DNA from: Candidatus Latescibacterota bacterium
GTDB lineage: Bacteria > Latescibacterota > UBA2968 > UBA8231
Reading direction: 5' to 3'
NCBI GenBank assembly: GCA_965204725.1
Contig: OZ242005.1
Coordinates: 3,840,001 to 3,904,000, forward strand
DNA: 64,000 nucleotides
The notes under the pieces were generated by a model, which was not told where the DNA came from, searched no databases, and was given only the letters and a program-made list of their open reading frames with translations. The translations under genes and the position numbers were made by a program. This document shows positions 18,426 through 29,006 of the stretch, one piece after another (the first letter of the stretch is position 1; each line of letters opens with the position of its first letter).

Positions 18426-20783
18426 ATGAAAACACGACCGCTAGCGGTTGCTTTCCTCCTCCTCGCGGGCGCGGCGAGCGGCCAGAACCTGCGCTTTGCC
18501 GGGTCGGACTTTGCTTCTTGGGCCCATCCGCAGGGGCTGGTCGAGGTCTTGCCGCAAGGCATTGCGGTGAAGCGCTTTGGGAAGCGGTTCAACGCCGTGG
18601 CCAACGCCCGCGCGTTTTCCGCCCAAGCCATCGGCGAATACGGGCAGCGCTTTGCCCGCACACCGTCCAACCAGCAGCAGGCCGACTTAGCTGGCGACCA
18701 AGACCCCAATACTTGGTGGCAGCCGGATCCAACCACCCCGGTGCAGTCGTGGTGGTTAGAACTGGACTTGGGGCGCTCAGTCGTGGCCGACAAGGTGCGC
18801 GTCCGCTTTCCCAATCGCGCCGGGGCCAAGCCCTTTAATTTTTTCTCGGTGTACGTCAGCCCGGGCATTCCAGTATTCGGCGGCCGGGCCAAGCGCATCG
18901 TCTATCGGCGGCTGGGCCGGCCCATCAACAACAACACCGAGTCCTTGGTCGAGTTCGACCTCAAGACCACCGGCCTCGCCCCAGCCACCGGCGAGCATTT
19001 GAGCGCGAGCGAGGTCCTCAACTTCGACGTGGTGCGCTTCGTGCGCTTTGAAGCGGCTGGCGCGACGCCCGAGGCCGCGCTCGCCGAAATAGAGGTAGAT
19101 GGCATTGGCTTCAACCTCGCCTCCATGGTGCAAACCGAGGATCGCACCGAGCATTGGGGCGGCCGGACGTGGACATCCAAGCACCGCGACTGCGAGGGCT
19201 GCGGCAAGGGCAGCGGGGCCGAGGCCCTCATCGACCAAGACGTGGGATTTCGCGGCTGGAACATCGAGGGCTCAGACAAGGGCAACTGGCGCGATTCAGG
19301 CGTCTGGTCCGTAGTCGATTTCGGCAACGTCTTCCGCGTCGATCGCCTTATATGGCTGCCGATTGTGTCGGGCCGAGGCCCGTTCCTCTACGGCTTCCAG
19401 CGCGACAAGCAGGGCAGTTGGCCTAGCTTCGACTTCTTCGTCTCCGACGGCACCCCCAGCAACCGCGCCGATCCAGTCGTCGAAGGCCCCTTCCACTACG
19501 AATTGCTGTCCTCGGTCGCCAACGAAGGGCGCTATTTGTTCGACTTTGAGTTCGAGCCGCGCCCCCTGCGGCTGCTGTTGTGGCGCGTGACCCAGCCGCA
19601 GCAGTTCCACCGCGCCGCCCAACTGTTCGTCTTTCACAGCGAGGGCTATCCCGCGCAAATCGAGCTGGAGTCCGAGGATATTTTCCTCGGTGGCGCCCGC
19701 AGCCTGCGCTTCGTCGAATGGGACGCCGACCAGCCCCTCGGAACGCGCATTGAAGTGGAAACCCAAACCGGCAACGGCTTCCAGACCGTCCAGCGCTACT
19801 TCCTCGCCAACGGCAAAGAAGTGACCAAACGAGCCTACGAGTCGGCCAAGTCCCGCAACCGCGGCGACATCGTCGAGGAACAGGTCCGCGACGACACTTG
19901 GAGTGCGTATAGCCAGCCCCATCGGTTTTCGGGCCAAGCCTTTCTCTCGCCGTCGCCGCGGCAGTGGTTGCGGGCGCGGGTGCGGCTCATCAGCGACGAT
20001 CCAGCGGCCTTCCCCACCCTGCGCTCGCTCGTGTTTGTAGCCAATGCGCCGGTCATCACGGCGGGCCTGACCGGCCGCATCTTCCCCCGCGAAGCCGCCA
20101 TGGACTCTTTGCAGGTGTTTCGCTACACCATCGCGCCGGTCGCCTTCCGCCGCCAAGACCCCGGGTTCGACCGCGCCCTCATTCTGCTCCCGCCCGGCAG
20201 CGGCTCAGACGCCGCATTCATCAGCGCGTCCGTCGGAGGAGCGGAGGTTGCAGCCACCGGCTCGTTGCGGGGGGATTCGCTGAGGGTGGAACTGCCGCTG
20301 CCGCTGGTGCGGCGGGATTCGGTCGCCATCGCCTTTTCCGCTCGCCTGTCCCACAGCCCCACCGTCTTTAATGCGTTTGTCTTTAACTCGGCCGCCAGCG
20401 ACAACCTCCAAGGCGTGGTCCCCGCTGAGTTCGGCGCCGATTTGGTCTTTGTGCCCGAAGCGGTCGCCGGCGGCTCGTTGATCCGCAACGTCGAGCACAC
20501 TCGTGCAATAACCCCCAACGGCGACGGCGCAAACGACCAATGCGAACTGCAATTCACCGTCGTCAAGACCGAGCAAGCGCCGCAAGTACAGGTCTTTACC
20601 CTAGATGGCCGGCCCGTAGTCAAGCTGGCGAGCCAAGGCTCGCCCGGGCGGCGCGCCCGCTACGTCTGGGATGGCCGGCGCGCCGGCCGGCCGGTGCCAC
20701 CCGGCACTTATGTCCTGCGCGTTGCACTCACAGCCGATGCCCGCGTCGATCGCGTCTATCGGCTCGTGCATGTTGCTTATTGA
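18426..20783 (+). CDS. Secreted protein, two discoidin-like regions plus FlgD-Ig domain (paralog 3)
   Basis: WLELDLGRSV, VDFGNVFRVDR, SPSPRQWLR, TPNGDGAND, WDGR..PGTY. Confidence 0.8.
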   Translation: MKTRPLAVAFLLLAGAASGQNLRFAGSDFASWAHPQGLVEVLPQGIAVKRFGKRFNAVANARAFSAQAIGEYGQRFARTPSNQQQADLAGDQDPNTWWQPDPTTPVQSWWLELDLGRSVVADKVRVRFPNRAGAKPFNFFSVYVSPGIPVFGGRAKRIVYRRLGRPINNNTESLVEFDLKTTGLAPATGEHLSASEVLNFDVVRFVRFEAAGATPEAALAEIEVDGIGFNLASMVQTEDRTEHWGGRTWTSKHRDCEGCGKGSGAEALIDQDVGFRGWNIEGSDKGNWRDSGVWSVVDFGNVFRVDRLIWLPIVSGRGPFLYGFQRDKQGSWPSFDFFVSDGTPSNRADPVVEGPFHYELLSSVANEGRYLFDFEFEPRPLRLLLWRVTQPQQFHRAAQLFVFHSEGYPAQIELESEDIFLGGARSLRFVEWDADQPLGTRIEVETQTGNGFQTVQRYFLANGKEVTKRAYESAKSRNRGDIVEEQVRDDTWSAYSQPHRFSGQAFLSPSPRQWLRARVRLISDDPAAFPTLRSLVFVANAPVITAGLTGRIFPREAAMDSLQVFRYTIAPVAFRRQDPGFDRALILLPPGSGSDAAFISASVGGAEVAATGSLRGDSLRVELPLPLVRRDSVAIAFSARLSHSPTVFNAFVFNSAASDNLQGVVPAEFGADLVFVPEAVAGGSLIRNVEHTRAITPNGDGANDQCELQFTVVKTEQAPQVQVFTLDGRPVVKLASQGSPGRRARYVWDGRRAGRPVPPGTYVLRVALTADARVDRVYRLVHVAY

Positions 20784-20796
20784 GAGGGAATGCCCT

Positions 20797-23442
20797 GTGA
20801 GACGCCGAATTTTCGCCTTACTAATGTGTCCACTCGCATGGATGACGCCGCAAGCGGCAAACGCCCAACGCACCACCGGGTACGACAACCCCTATTACAC
20901 CACGGGCACGGAAGTCTCTCCGGCGACGCTCGTGCCCTCGGTGCGCAAGTGGTACTTGCCGCAGCGGCTGTACGCGCTGTACGACTGGCGTCAAGAGCAA
21001 TACTCCAACTACGCCCGCAACTACTACGAGCGCTACACCGAAGTCTTCTTGGAAGGTTCGCCGTTTTACGACGTGTACGGCGATTACATCACCCAAGGCT
21101 GGCTGGTGTACGACTGGACCGAAGACTACCCAGAGGACAACGGCAGCATTATCACCAAAAATCCGCGCTTTCGGTCGTGGTTCAACAACCTGCTCGTATC
21201 GTCGAGCCATGCCGGGCAGTTCCACTCGGCCCTAATGGTCGGCGACGGCATTCGCACCACCCTGACGCCGCTGACGTTTTCCAAGCCGCGCTTCGACGGC
21301 ATTCAATGGGACCTTACGACCGACAAGTACGCCCTGACCATGCTGTCGTCGCGGGTCAGCAACACCGGAGAAATTTCCGCCAGTGAAGTTGGGGGGGGCG
21401 TCCAGGCCAATACCTTCACCACCCTGATGGCCGCTAGGGGGCGGGTGCAGGTCGGGGATTTTGCCGCCCTCGGCGCGACCTTTGTCAATGCGGCGCATCG
21501 CAACTCCAACCTGCCGTTTGGCGACAACTCGCTCAGCGGCCTGCTCAGCGGCCCGATGAACACCGACTTTGTGCGCTCCATCGTCGTGCGCATTTCCGAC
21601 GATTCGCCCGAAGACGGCGAGGGCGGCGCGCTGCTGTCGCGCTGGCGCGTTTTCGTCAACGGCGTCGAGCACACCAGAGACATCGTGCCCGTGGTGGAGG
21701 GCGGCATTCGCCGCGGCGGCGCGATTGTGGCCAGCGGCCCGGATGTCATCACCCTGACTTATAACATCGAAGACTTCTCCCCGAGCACGGACGACGCCAT
21801 CGACGATTTCCGCGAGATCGAGCGCATTGAGATCGGCCTCGTGCTCGCCAACGACTACAAGGTCGAAGTGACCTCCAACAAGCAGACCAACAACCTCGGT
21901 ACGCCCGTATTCCTGCCGGTGCTGCGCGCGGCCGGCAACGTCAAGGACGGCTCGAATCAGGCGTTTCATCGGTTCAGCTACGGCCTGCCGACCGGGACCC
22001 GCATGTTGGGCTTTGACCTCGCCATTGCCGACCTGCAAGGCTTTGACTTCCGGGGCGAGTTCGTCCGCAACTTTCAGTATCGCCGCTTTCCCAACGAGAA
22101 CATGGCCAAGGACCAGACGCTGGCGACCCACGAGGCCCAAGCCTTCTACGCGACCGCGCAGAAGCGCAGCTATCCCTACACGTTTTTCGCCGAGGTGTTC
22201 AGCATCGACGCGGAGTACTCCACCCGCGCCTTCATCCCCAACGCCGAGGGGCAGGTGTTTTACGACAACGAGCAACGGCACTTGTACGAATTCGTCGATG
22301 ACAACGACGATCAAGACGAGCTGCCAGACTGGACGCGGCGCACGTTTGGCAGCCGCGTCAACACGCGGCAGGGGCAGCAGTTGCTGACCGACGCTGCGGT
22401 GTTCCCGGGCATTGACGAGGACAACGACGACATTTCGGATTTCAACCGGAACTTCAACACCCAGCCCGACTACGAGGAGCCGTTTTTGCGCTTTGACGTG
22501 GACCCGCCGGAGTTTTTGTTCGGCATGGACATGAACAGCAACGGCGTCATCGACCGCTTTGAGGACGACGGGGAAGCCGATTACCCCTACAAGCGCGGTC
22601 GCCGCGGGTTCAATAGCTATGCAGCCGTCGAAATCCTGCCGAGCACGACCCTCATGCTCGGCTATCTCGACCAGCGGCTGCTAGAAACGGCCCGCGAAAA
22701 CCAAGCCGCGTACCTGCTGCTGACCGCGAAAAAGGAGTTTCCCGCCAAGGATTTCAGCGCGTGGCTGATTGCCAATCCGCGCAAGGTCCGCGACGACATT
22801 CCCGACGATGTGCTGTTGTGGCGCGATCTGCCCGGCACGCGGGGCCGCTCGGTTTTCACGCGCGACATTCTGCCGGCCCGCGACGCCTTCGTCAACACCA
22901 CGTACCTCGAACTACACTACGACCGCTACCTGCCCTTGACGGCCAAGGTCAAACACGAATTCTATCGGCAGTTGGGGAATCGGGAAGGCGAGTTGCGCGA
23001 CCAGCGTTTCTTGGGCATTGTCGCCAAAGGGGAGTACTCCACCCACATTCGCGGCTGGACTTTAGTGCCCAAGTGGAAACAGCTTTACAACAGCCGGGTG
23101 CCGGCCCAGCGCAGCGCGCTCAAAATCCGCGAACTAACGGAAATTTTTTCCCTGCAAGCCGTGCGTAGCATCAACCGAAACATGCGCTTCATCGTCGGGG
23201 CCGAGTGCGAGCTGTTCAACAACCTCCGCCCCGAGCCAGACCCCCTGCCCTCGGGCTACCTCCTCGACGGCACGACGTGGGTGCTCGCCGGCCAAGTCGC
23301 CAACGACTCCGCGTACTTGGGCTACGCCCTGACGACGAATATCGGGGCGCGCTGGATTCGCAACGACCTCGACGGGTCGCCAGCCTCGTCCGAGCTGCTC
23401 TCCTTCATCACGGTGTACGCGGGCTTGGGCACCGATCGCTAA
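20797..23442 (+). CDS. Large exported hypothetical protein, possible outer-membrane beta-barrel with acidic Ca-binding-like loops
   Basis: GTG start after GAGAGGGA; alternating aromatic strands near C-terminus; DDNDDQD, DEDNDD, DMNSNGVID. Confidence 0.7.
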   Translation: MRRRIFALLMCPLAWMTPQAANAQRTTGYDNPYYTTGTEVSPATLVPSVRKWYLPQRLYALYDWRQEQYSNYARNYYERYTEVFLEGSPFYDVYGDYITQGWLVYDWTEDYPEDNGSIITKNPRFRSWFNNLLVSSSHAGQFHSALMVGDGIRTTLTPLTFSKPRFDGIQWDLTTDKYALTMLSSRVSNTGEISASEVGGGVQANTFTTLMAARGRVQVGDFAALGATFVNAAHRNSNLPFGDNSLSGLLSGPMNTDFVRSIVVRISDDSPEDGEGGALLSRWRVFVNGVEHTRDIVPVVEGGIRRGGAIVASGPDVITLTYNIEDFSPSTDDAIDDFREIERIEIGLVLANDYKVEVTSNKQTNNLGTPVFLPVLRAAGNVKDGSNQAFHRFSYGLPTGTRMLGFDLAIADLQGFDFRGEFVRNFQYRRFPNENMAKDQTLATHEAQAFYATAQKRSYPYTFFAEVFSIDAEYSTRAFIPNAEGQVFYDNEQRHLYEFVDDNDDQDELPDWTRRTFGSRVNTRQGQQLLTDAAVFPGIDEDNDDISDFNRNFNTQPDYEEPFLRFDVDPPEFLFGMDMNSNGVIDRFEDDGEADYPYKRGRRGFNSYAAVEILPSTTLMLGYLDQRLLETARENQAAYLLLTAKKEFPAKDFSAWLIANPRKVRDDIPDDVLLWRDLPGTRGRSVFTRDILPARDAFVNTTYLELHYDRYLPLTAKVKHEFYRQLGNREGELRDQRFLGIVAKGEYSTHIRGWTLVPKWKQLYNSRVPAQRSALKIRELTEIFSLQAVRSINRNMRFIVGAECELFNNLRPEPDPLPSGYLLDGTTWVLAGQVANDSAYLGYALTTNIGARWIRNDLDGSPASSELLSFITVYAGLGTDR

Positions 23443-24573
23443 TATAGCCGTCCTAAGTGGATTGCTATAGAACCCAGCCAAAAGAGTGCATAGCGAGTTT
23501 TTTTCGTGAAGCTATCTGATAAATACCCGAATCGGTGAAAATCGCCTTTCGCCCTCCTCCGATGCGTTCTTGACACGCCTCCTCTTTGGCGTTCTCTTAT
23601 GCTTGTAGCTCTGAAGCGGAGCGCACTGTTCCGCCCGTCGGACGGACCGGAAGATGAGAAACTACCCCCCATTGGCGATGCCGTTGCCGCTGGCCCAACC
23701 CGCCGCGCCGACCCCCTCGTACTACCAGTGCCAAGATTTTACTTTCAATAAATGCTGTAAGTCTTTGAAAAACAGGCAGTTATCCCCCCCCCCTTTTCCG
23801 TTAGACTACGATCTTTTAGCACTACTCAAAGGCTGGATGATCGCTTCGCTGATGCGCGGCGATTGGGCAAAACGACCGTCCCTCGGGGCCGGACCGCCGA
23901 AATCGCAGGGGCCGTGGGGTGATTGAAAAGAGCGGTAAGCTGCTGTTGGTCGTTGCCAGTTTGGCCGTTAGTGCGCTCGTGGTTGAAGTCTCTTTTTGGC
24001 TCCTCGCTCAGGCCGAGCCGATCTATCCCATGATCGATTACTATACGGACGAGCCAAGCCTTCGTTTGATGTGCTACGACGACCACTTTGCGGGTACGCC
24101 CGACTGGGATCTACGGCGGGCACACCCGTTTGGGGAGTTGACCCATTGGTATAATGCCAACAGAGATCCCGCCCTCGCCAATCTATCGCCGCGCAAAGTG
24201 CCCAATGCCATTGAGGTACGCTACAACGAAACCAGAATGCGCGAGCGGCCTATGGCTGCGTTCGATGCGGGGCGGGACAAAATCGTCGTGTTGGTTGGCG
24301 ACTCCTTCTGCTTTGGTCAAGGGGTGCGGGTGGTGGATCGCTTTTCAAATGTCTTGGAGACCCGCTTAAATCGGGAGTACCCCGCCGAACGCTATCGCAT
24401 CTTCAATGCCTGTAGGCGGGGCAGGAATATCGAGCGGATCGCCGAGTTCATGGAGCATTATGTCGAGTACTTTGCTCGGGTTGATCGCGTCGTGTATTCG
24501 TTTGTCCTAAACGATCCAATAAGAAGAGGGCGTCTGGAGGAGTGGAGAAAAGAATTGTTGGAAGGTGAATTTA

Positions 24574-25502
24574 GAGGCTGTCTGAAAACTCCATTTTCTA
24601 TTTGATTCTTTTGAGTAACAGGTGGATCATAGCAATCTGGATCAAGGCTTCGCTATGGCGGGTCAACACCTCATAATCTCGGGCATGACGGCGCGAGTTC
24701 ATCACCCATGCCAAGGTACGCTCGACGACCCAACGGCGTTTGAGTACGGTAAATCCGGGGCCTTGTTTGGCGACGACTTCCAAGTCAATCTTGTGCGTCT
24801 TTTTTAGGTTGGCCACCCATGTTCGGATCGCCTCGCCTCGATAGCCGCCATCGCCCCACAGTTTGCGTAACCGGGCTACGCCGGACGTCCCCAAGCGGGT
24901 CAACACCTGCTGCAAGCCGTCTCGATCGGATACATCGGCGGCGGTGACCACCACCTGTCGAAGCAAGCCTGAGGCGTCGACCAGCAGATGCCGTTTTCGG
25001 CCTTGAACCTTCTTGCCCGCGTCGTAACCGGTTGTTTTACCATGGGTTGCCGTTTTGATGGTCTGACTATCGATACAGCCCGCCGAGGGCGTGGCCGGCC
25101 GGCCGTTGCGGCGGCGTTCCTGCTGGGTGAGCCGTTCCAACACCCGCGGCCAGACCCCGTGCCGGCTCCAGCGACGGAAGTAATCATACACCGTTTTCCA
25201 CGGGCCAAAACAAGCCGGTAACAACGCCCAAGGACACCCCGTCTTGTTCAGATACAAAAGCCCGTTGACGATCGGACGCCGATCCCGCGGCGGCCGACCC
25301 GGACCGTTGGGGCGCCACCGCGGAGCCGGCAGCAACGGTTCGATCTGCTGCCATTGCACATCGGTTACATCGGTTGCATATTGGCCACTGGGCGTACTCA
25401 TCATACGAGCCTTTCTGTTCAGATTTTGTGGTGAAACCTGAATATGGCCTGATGAGTACGCCGATTCAAATACGACTACATAATGGGTTTTCAGACAGCC
25501 TC
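24574..25502 (-). mobile_element. IS5 family (IS1031-like) insertion sequence
   Basis: 16-bp TIRs GAGGCTGTCTGAAAAC / GTTTTCAGACAGCCTC; TTA target duplication at 24571-24573 and 25503-25505. Confidence 0.95.
24598..25404 (-). CDS. IS5 family transposase
   Basis: YATDVTDVQW, IDSQ, GYDAGKKVQGRKRH, DGGY, RWVVERT. Confidence 0.95.
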   Translation of the reverse strand: MMSTPSGQYATDVTDVQWQQIEPLLPAPRWRPNGPGRPPRDRRPIVNGLLYLNKTGCPWALLPACFGPWKTVYDYFRRWSRHGVWPRVLERLTQQERRRNGRPATPSAGCIDSQTIKTATHGKTTGYDAGKKVQGRKRHLLVDASGLLRQVVVTAADVSDRDGLQQVLTRLGTSGVARLRKLWGDGGYRGEAIRTWVANLKKTHKIDLEVVAKQGPGFTVLKRRWVVERTLAWVMNSRRHARDYEVLTRHSEALIQIAMIHLLLKRIK

Positions 25503-25997
25503 TTAACGATTTTATGCACTCGGGGTCTCGGTCCAAGGCAGACTCCGCCCGATTTTTGGCGGGACGGAACAGCTATACCGTGCGTTGGTTTGCCCGGCGC
25601 TTGCAGCGGCGGCAGATCGCCGGCGATACCGTTGAATGGTATCGACAACTCTACACCAACAACCCCCAGTGGCCCCAGACCCAGCAGTTGCTCCGCCGGA
25701 TGAAGAAGTATTGCTCGGCGAAGGGGATTGCCTTCTCTTTAGTCGTCTGGCCTATATTCTACCAACTGGACGCTTATCCCCTAACAGAGGTACACGAAAT
25801 CATTGAGGCTGTGGCGCGGCAAGAGGGGATCCACCACGTGGACTTGCTCCCGCTATTCGCTGGCAAGGACGCCCGGGACTATTGGGTTCACCCGACGGAT
25901 TTTCATCCCAACAGTCGGGCACACGCCGAGGCAGCGGCTTTTCTGTACGACGCCATTCCTTGGTAGTACGGCGTCTAAAGGGGCGAGTTCGCGAAAC

Positions 25998-26028
25998 GGG
26001 GCCTCACTTTTGAGAGAGGTCCCCTTTT
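25998..26028. terminator. Hairpin terminator between convergent genes
   Basis: GGGGCCTC...GAGGTCCCC followed by TTTT. Confidence 0.55.
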
Positions 26029-26063
26029 GCTACTCTATAAGCAACTGCTTTAGCGGTCAGAGT

Positions 26064-27422
26064 TCACTCAAACGCTTTCTCTAACGCCGCTGGAAACACG
26101 TGTATTTGGCTTCCATACTCTTTTCGCAACTCGGCCAATAGCGCGTCCATGGCCTCGGTTTCGGCCCGTTGCCGCAGGGCCGCGCGAATGCTCTCCCGCA
26201 CCAAAGCAAAATCCGCTACCCGGCCATCGGCGCGGGTAAACGCATCGAGGTGCTGGTCGTAAAAGGCTCGCACCGCTTCGTCGCCGATTTCCCCGACCTG
26301 CTCGGCCTCGGCTTGGTAGAGCCGCTTGACCAACAGCGCGTCTCGTTCCCGTGCGACGCTGGCGCGGATAGCCGCATCGTCGGCGATCCCCAATTTGCGA
26401 GCTTCCGCCACCATGATCTGCTTGCCAGCGAGGTTATCGACCGCCTTGTACAGGCGCGCGCTGTCGAGTTCGGCCGGGTGCGGTGCGCGGCCCTGCTCGA
26501 CTAAGGAGAGGTACTCCTGCGCGATGAGCTGGCCGCCGCGCCATGTGAGCAGCGGCGCGTCCCCTCCACCCCACTGCGTCGATTGCGGCGCGATGGCGCG
26601 CAACGCGGCAAAAACCTCCGCGTCCAGTGCCAACTGATACCGCTGGCGCAGGGTGCCGACGTAGTGCTCCATATCGTCGGCCCGGCTCTGGACGAGGGCC
26701 TTTTTCTCGACCCACTCGCGGACCGCGGCAAAATTGACGGGACGCCGTTCCCCAAGCCTGAAGACGTGATAGCCACTCTCGGTCTGCACGGGATCGGGAT
26801 ACACGCTGCCAATGGGCATGGTCGCCAGAGGCACCTTTAGCCCCTCGTACACCTCGCCGATCTTGAACCAGCCGACCCAACCGCCGGGGCCGAAGCGCTG
26901 CTGGATGTTCGGGAGCGAATAGGGCCGGATCAGGGACTCAAAAGGCGTCCCTTCCCCAAGCAGCTCGAGGACGAGCCGGGCCTCTTCTGCGGTGGCGCAA
27001 ACGATGTGCTGGCTGCGCACTTCCACGTCGTATTGCCGTTGGGCAAAAAACGCCCGCAACTCGGCGTCTGAAAACGAATACGACTCCTGCACAGCCTCTT
27101 GCTCGTAGAGCTTTTTCATCAACGCCTTGCGCTCGCTCTTGGCCACGGCTTGAGCGATAGCCGCATCGCGGTCGTACCCGCGCCGCAGGGCCTCGGCAAT
27201 GAGCAATTCCCGCGCAATGACGCCGTCGAGTAGCTCCTGCTTGCCTTGGCTGTTTAGCTCCTCGACGTGGCTATAGCCGGTCTCCCGCAGCTTGCGCGCT
27301 GTGTGCTCAAACTCCTCGACTGATACGCGCTTATCGCCGACGCGCACGACCGTCTCGGCCGCGCTCCGGGCCGCGCTGCCCAAGACGAGGAGCACGAAGA
27401 TGCCAACGAGCGAGTGTTTCAT
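26064..27422 (-). CDS. Peptidyl-prolyl isomerase (PpiC/SurA-like), exported
   Basis: Signal peptide, QHIV..TAEEA, GGWVGW, PVQTESGYHVF. Confidence 0.85.
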   Translation of the reverse strand: MKHSLVGIFVLLVLGSAARSAAETVVRVGDKRVSVEEFEHTARKLRETGYSHVEELNSQGKQELLDGVIARELLIAEALRRGYDRDAAIAQAVAKSERKALMKKLYEQEAVQESYSFSDAELRAFFAQRQYDVEVRSQHIVCATAEEARLVLELLGEGTPFESLIRPYSLPNIQQRFGPGGWVGWFKIGEVYEGLKVPLATMPIGSVYPDPVQTESGYHVFRLGERRPVNFAAVREWVEKKALVQSRADDMEHYVGTLRQRYQLALDAEVFAALRAIAPQSTQWGGGDAPLLTWRGGQLIAQEYLSLVEQGRAPHPAELDSARLYKAVDNLAGKQIMVAEARKLGIADDAAIRASVARERDALLVKRLYQAEAEQVGEIGDEAVRAFYDQHLDAFTRADGRVADFALVRESIRAALRQRAETEAMDALLAELRKEYGSQIHVFPAALEKAFE

Positions 27423-27487
27423 TTTGCCAAAGAACCTCTCAGCGGCACGATAATTATGTAGGATTGTTTGGCACGGCATATACACCG

Positions 27488-28162
27488 CTACCGTGTGATC
27501 TTCGGACCGATGTACACGACATAAAGTGGATCGGCTGCCGTTACAGGCCACGAAAAATGAATGCGGAGAGGAGGGTGGTAATTAACCTTTCCGTGCCAAG
27601 GGCAGAACAGGTCTTTTCCCGGAATATCTGGATGTGGAAACGTCATCTCGGTTTTGAACTTGCTCCGTTCAGTGGGTGATGAAGGAGAAAACCACGCTCG
27701 CTTCCCAGTAAAGTGTTTTTGGTAGAGCTTGTGTCCCTCGGCGGTGCGGTTCCCTGCTGAGTCAAAGCACGTCTTGAGTTGATCTAGTGCCTCAAGGCGG
27801 CTGAGCACGTCTTGGGCAGCCTTAGAGACGAAAGGATACCCTTGGAGCGGGCCAAAGCAATCTGAAGAAAACGTCAACTGCGTACAGCGAGCCTTCGACA
27901 CGTCTGCCAGCATCTCCCACGACGTAATTTGAGGGGATGCCGCACGTAACGCGGCTTCCACCACACGGGCGTCCCGATAGTTGACGACCTCAATCCTTTC
28001 TGCTTCTTCATCGCTCTTTCGCCACTCGGCTGCCACCGGGGAGAAGTCCCACGAAGACGGAATCAGGCTCACGAGACAGGTGCCGATTCCATTCAAACAG
28101 CGATAGGCCGCTTCTCCGATAGCGGTATCGGTAACAACTTTTCCGTTACATTCAAAGTATTC
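27488..28162 (-). pseudogene. 3' part of a hypothetical gene (possible RelE-like C-terminus), 5' end lost at IS
   Basis: Frame open up to the IS end (EYFECNGKVVTDTAIGEAA...WHGKV..LRIHFSW..YVVYIGPKIT). Confidence 0.65.
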
Positions 28163-29006
28163 GAAGCTATCTCATAAATAGTCTGGCCGTGCAAAGTTAG
28201 TGGTATTCCCTTTCGGAGGTATCTCTTATGGATCTTACAGACGAACAGTGGTCGATAGCGTCCCCGCTGCTGCCGGCGTGTCCCAAACGCCGCGATGGTC
28301 GGGGTCGTCCTTGGCGTTGTAACCGGGCGGTGCTCAATGGTATTCTGTGGATTCTCCGCACCGGGGCCCCTGGGCATGACCTGCCTGCTCGCTATCCGTC
28401 CTACCAGACCTGCCATCGTCGATTCCAACAGTGGTCGTCTGATGGCACCTTTGAACATATTCTGCGCACCCTCGCGCACGACTTACATGAGCGGGGGGGC
28501 CTCGATCTGAGCGAATGCTTCATCGACGGCCTGTTTGTCGCGGCGAAAAAAGGGGGGACCAAGTGGGTCCGACCAAGCGGGGCAAAGGTACGAAGCTCAT
28601 GGCAGTGGCAGACCGCGCTGGTCTTCCTATCGCCGTACTCATCCAAAGTGCTTCGCCCCACGAAGTCACCCTCGTAGAAGCCACCTTGGAAAACCGATGG
28701 GTCCAGCCCCGACCACAACGACTCATCGGGGACCGAGCCTACGACTCGGATCGATTGGATGCGAGCCTGGCCAACCAAGGCATTGAGATGATCGCCCCGC
28801 ATCGCCGCAATCGCACGCAGGCCAAAACCCAGGACGGGCGGCGCTTGCGGGGCTACAAAAGACGCTGGAAAGTAGAAAGACTGTTTGCTTGGTTGCAGAA
28901 CTTTCGCCGAATCGGGGTTCGATACGAATACTATGCCGAAAACTACCTCGGCTTTGTACAACTCGGATGCATCCTCATATTGCTACGGTATTTATGAGAT
29001 AGCTTC
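28163..29006 (+). mobile_element. IS5 family (IS427-like) element with two-ORF transposase
   Basis: 18-bp TIRs GAAGCTATCTCATAAATA / TATTTATGAGATAGCTTC; orfA 28228-28677, orfB ending 28997; A6G6 slippery site 28546-28557; GDRAYD, RWKVER. Confidence 0.95.

Larger units (their letters stand above)
23919..25966 (+). pseudogene. SGNH/GDSL hydrolase-family gene split by IS5
   Basis: VGDSFCFGQGV, LND, DFHPN; removing the IS and one TTA restores the frame EGEF-NDFMHSG. Confidence 0.88.

Noticed and set aside
23443-23918. ncRNA or small ORFs in the 475-bp intergenic region
   Set aside because: Only a short imperfect hairpin (23443-23469) and a C10 run; no recognisable family
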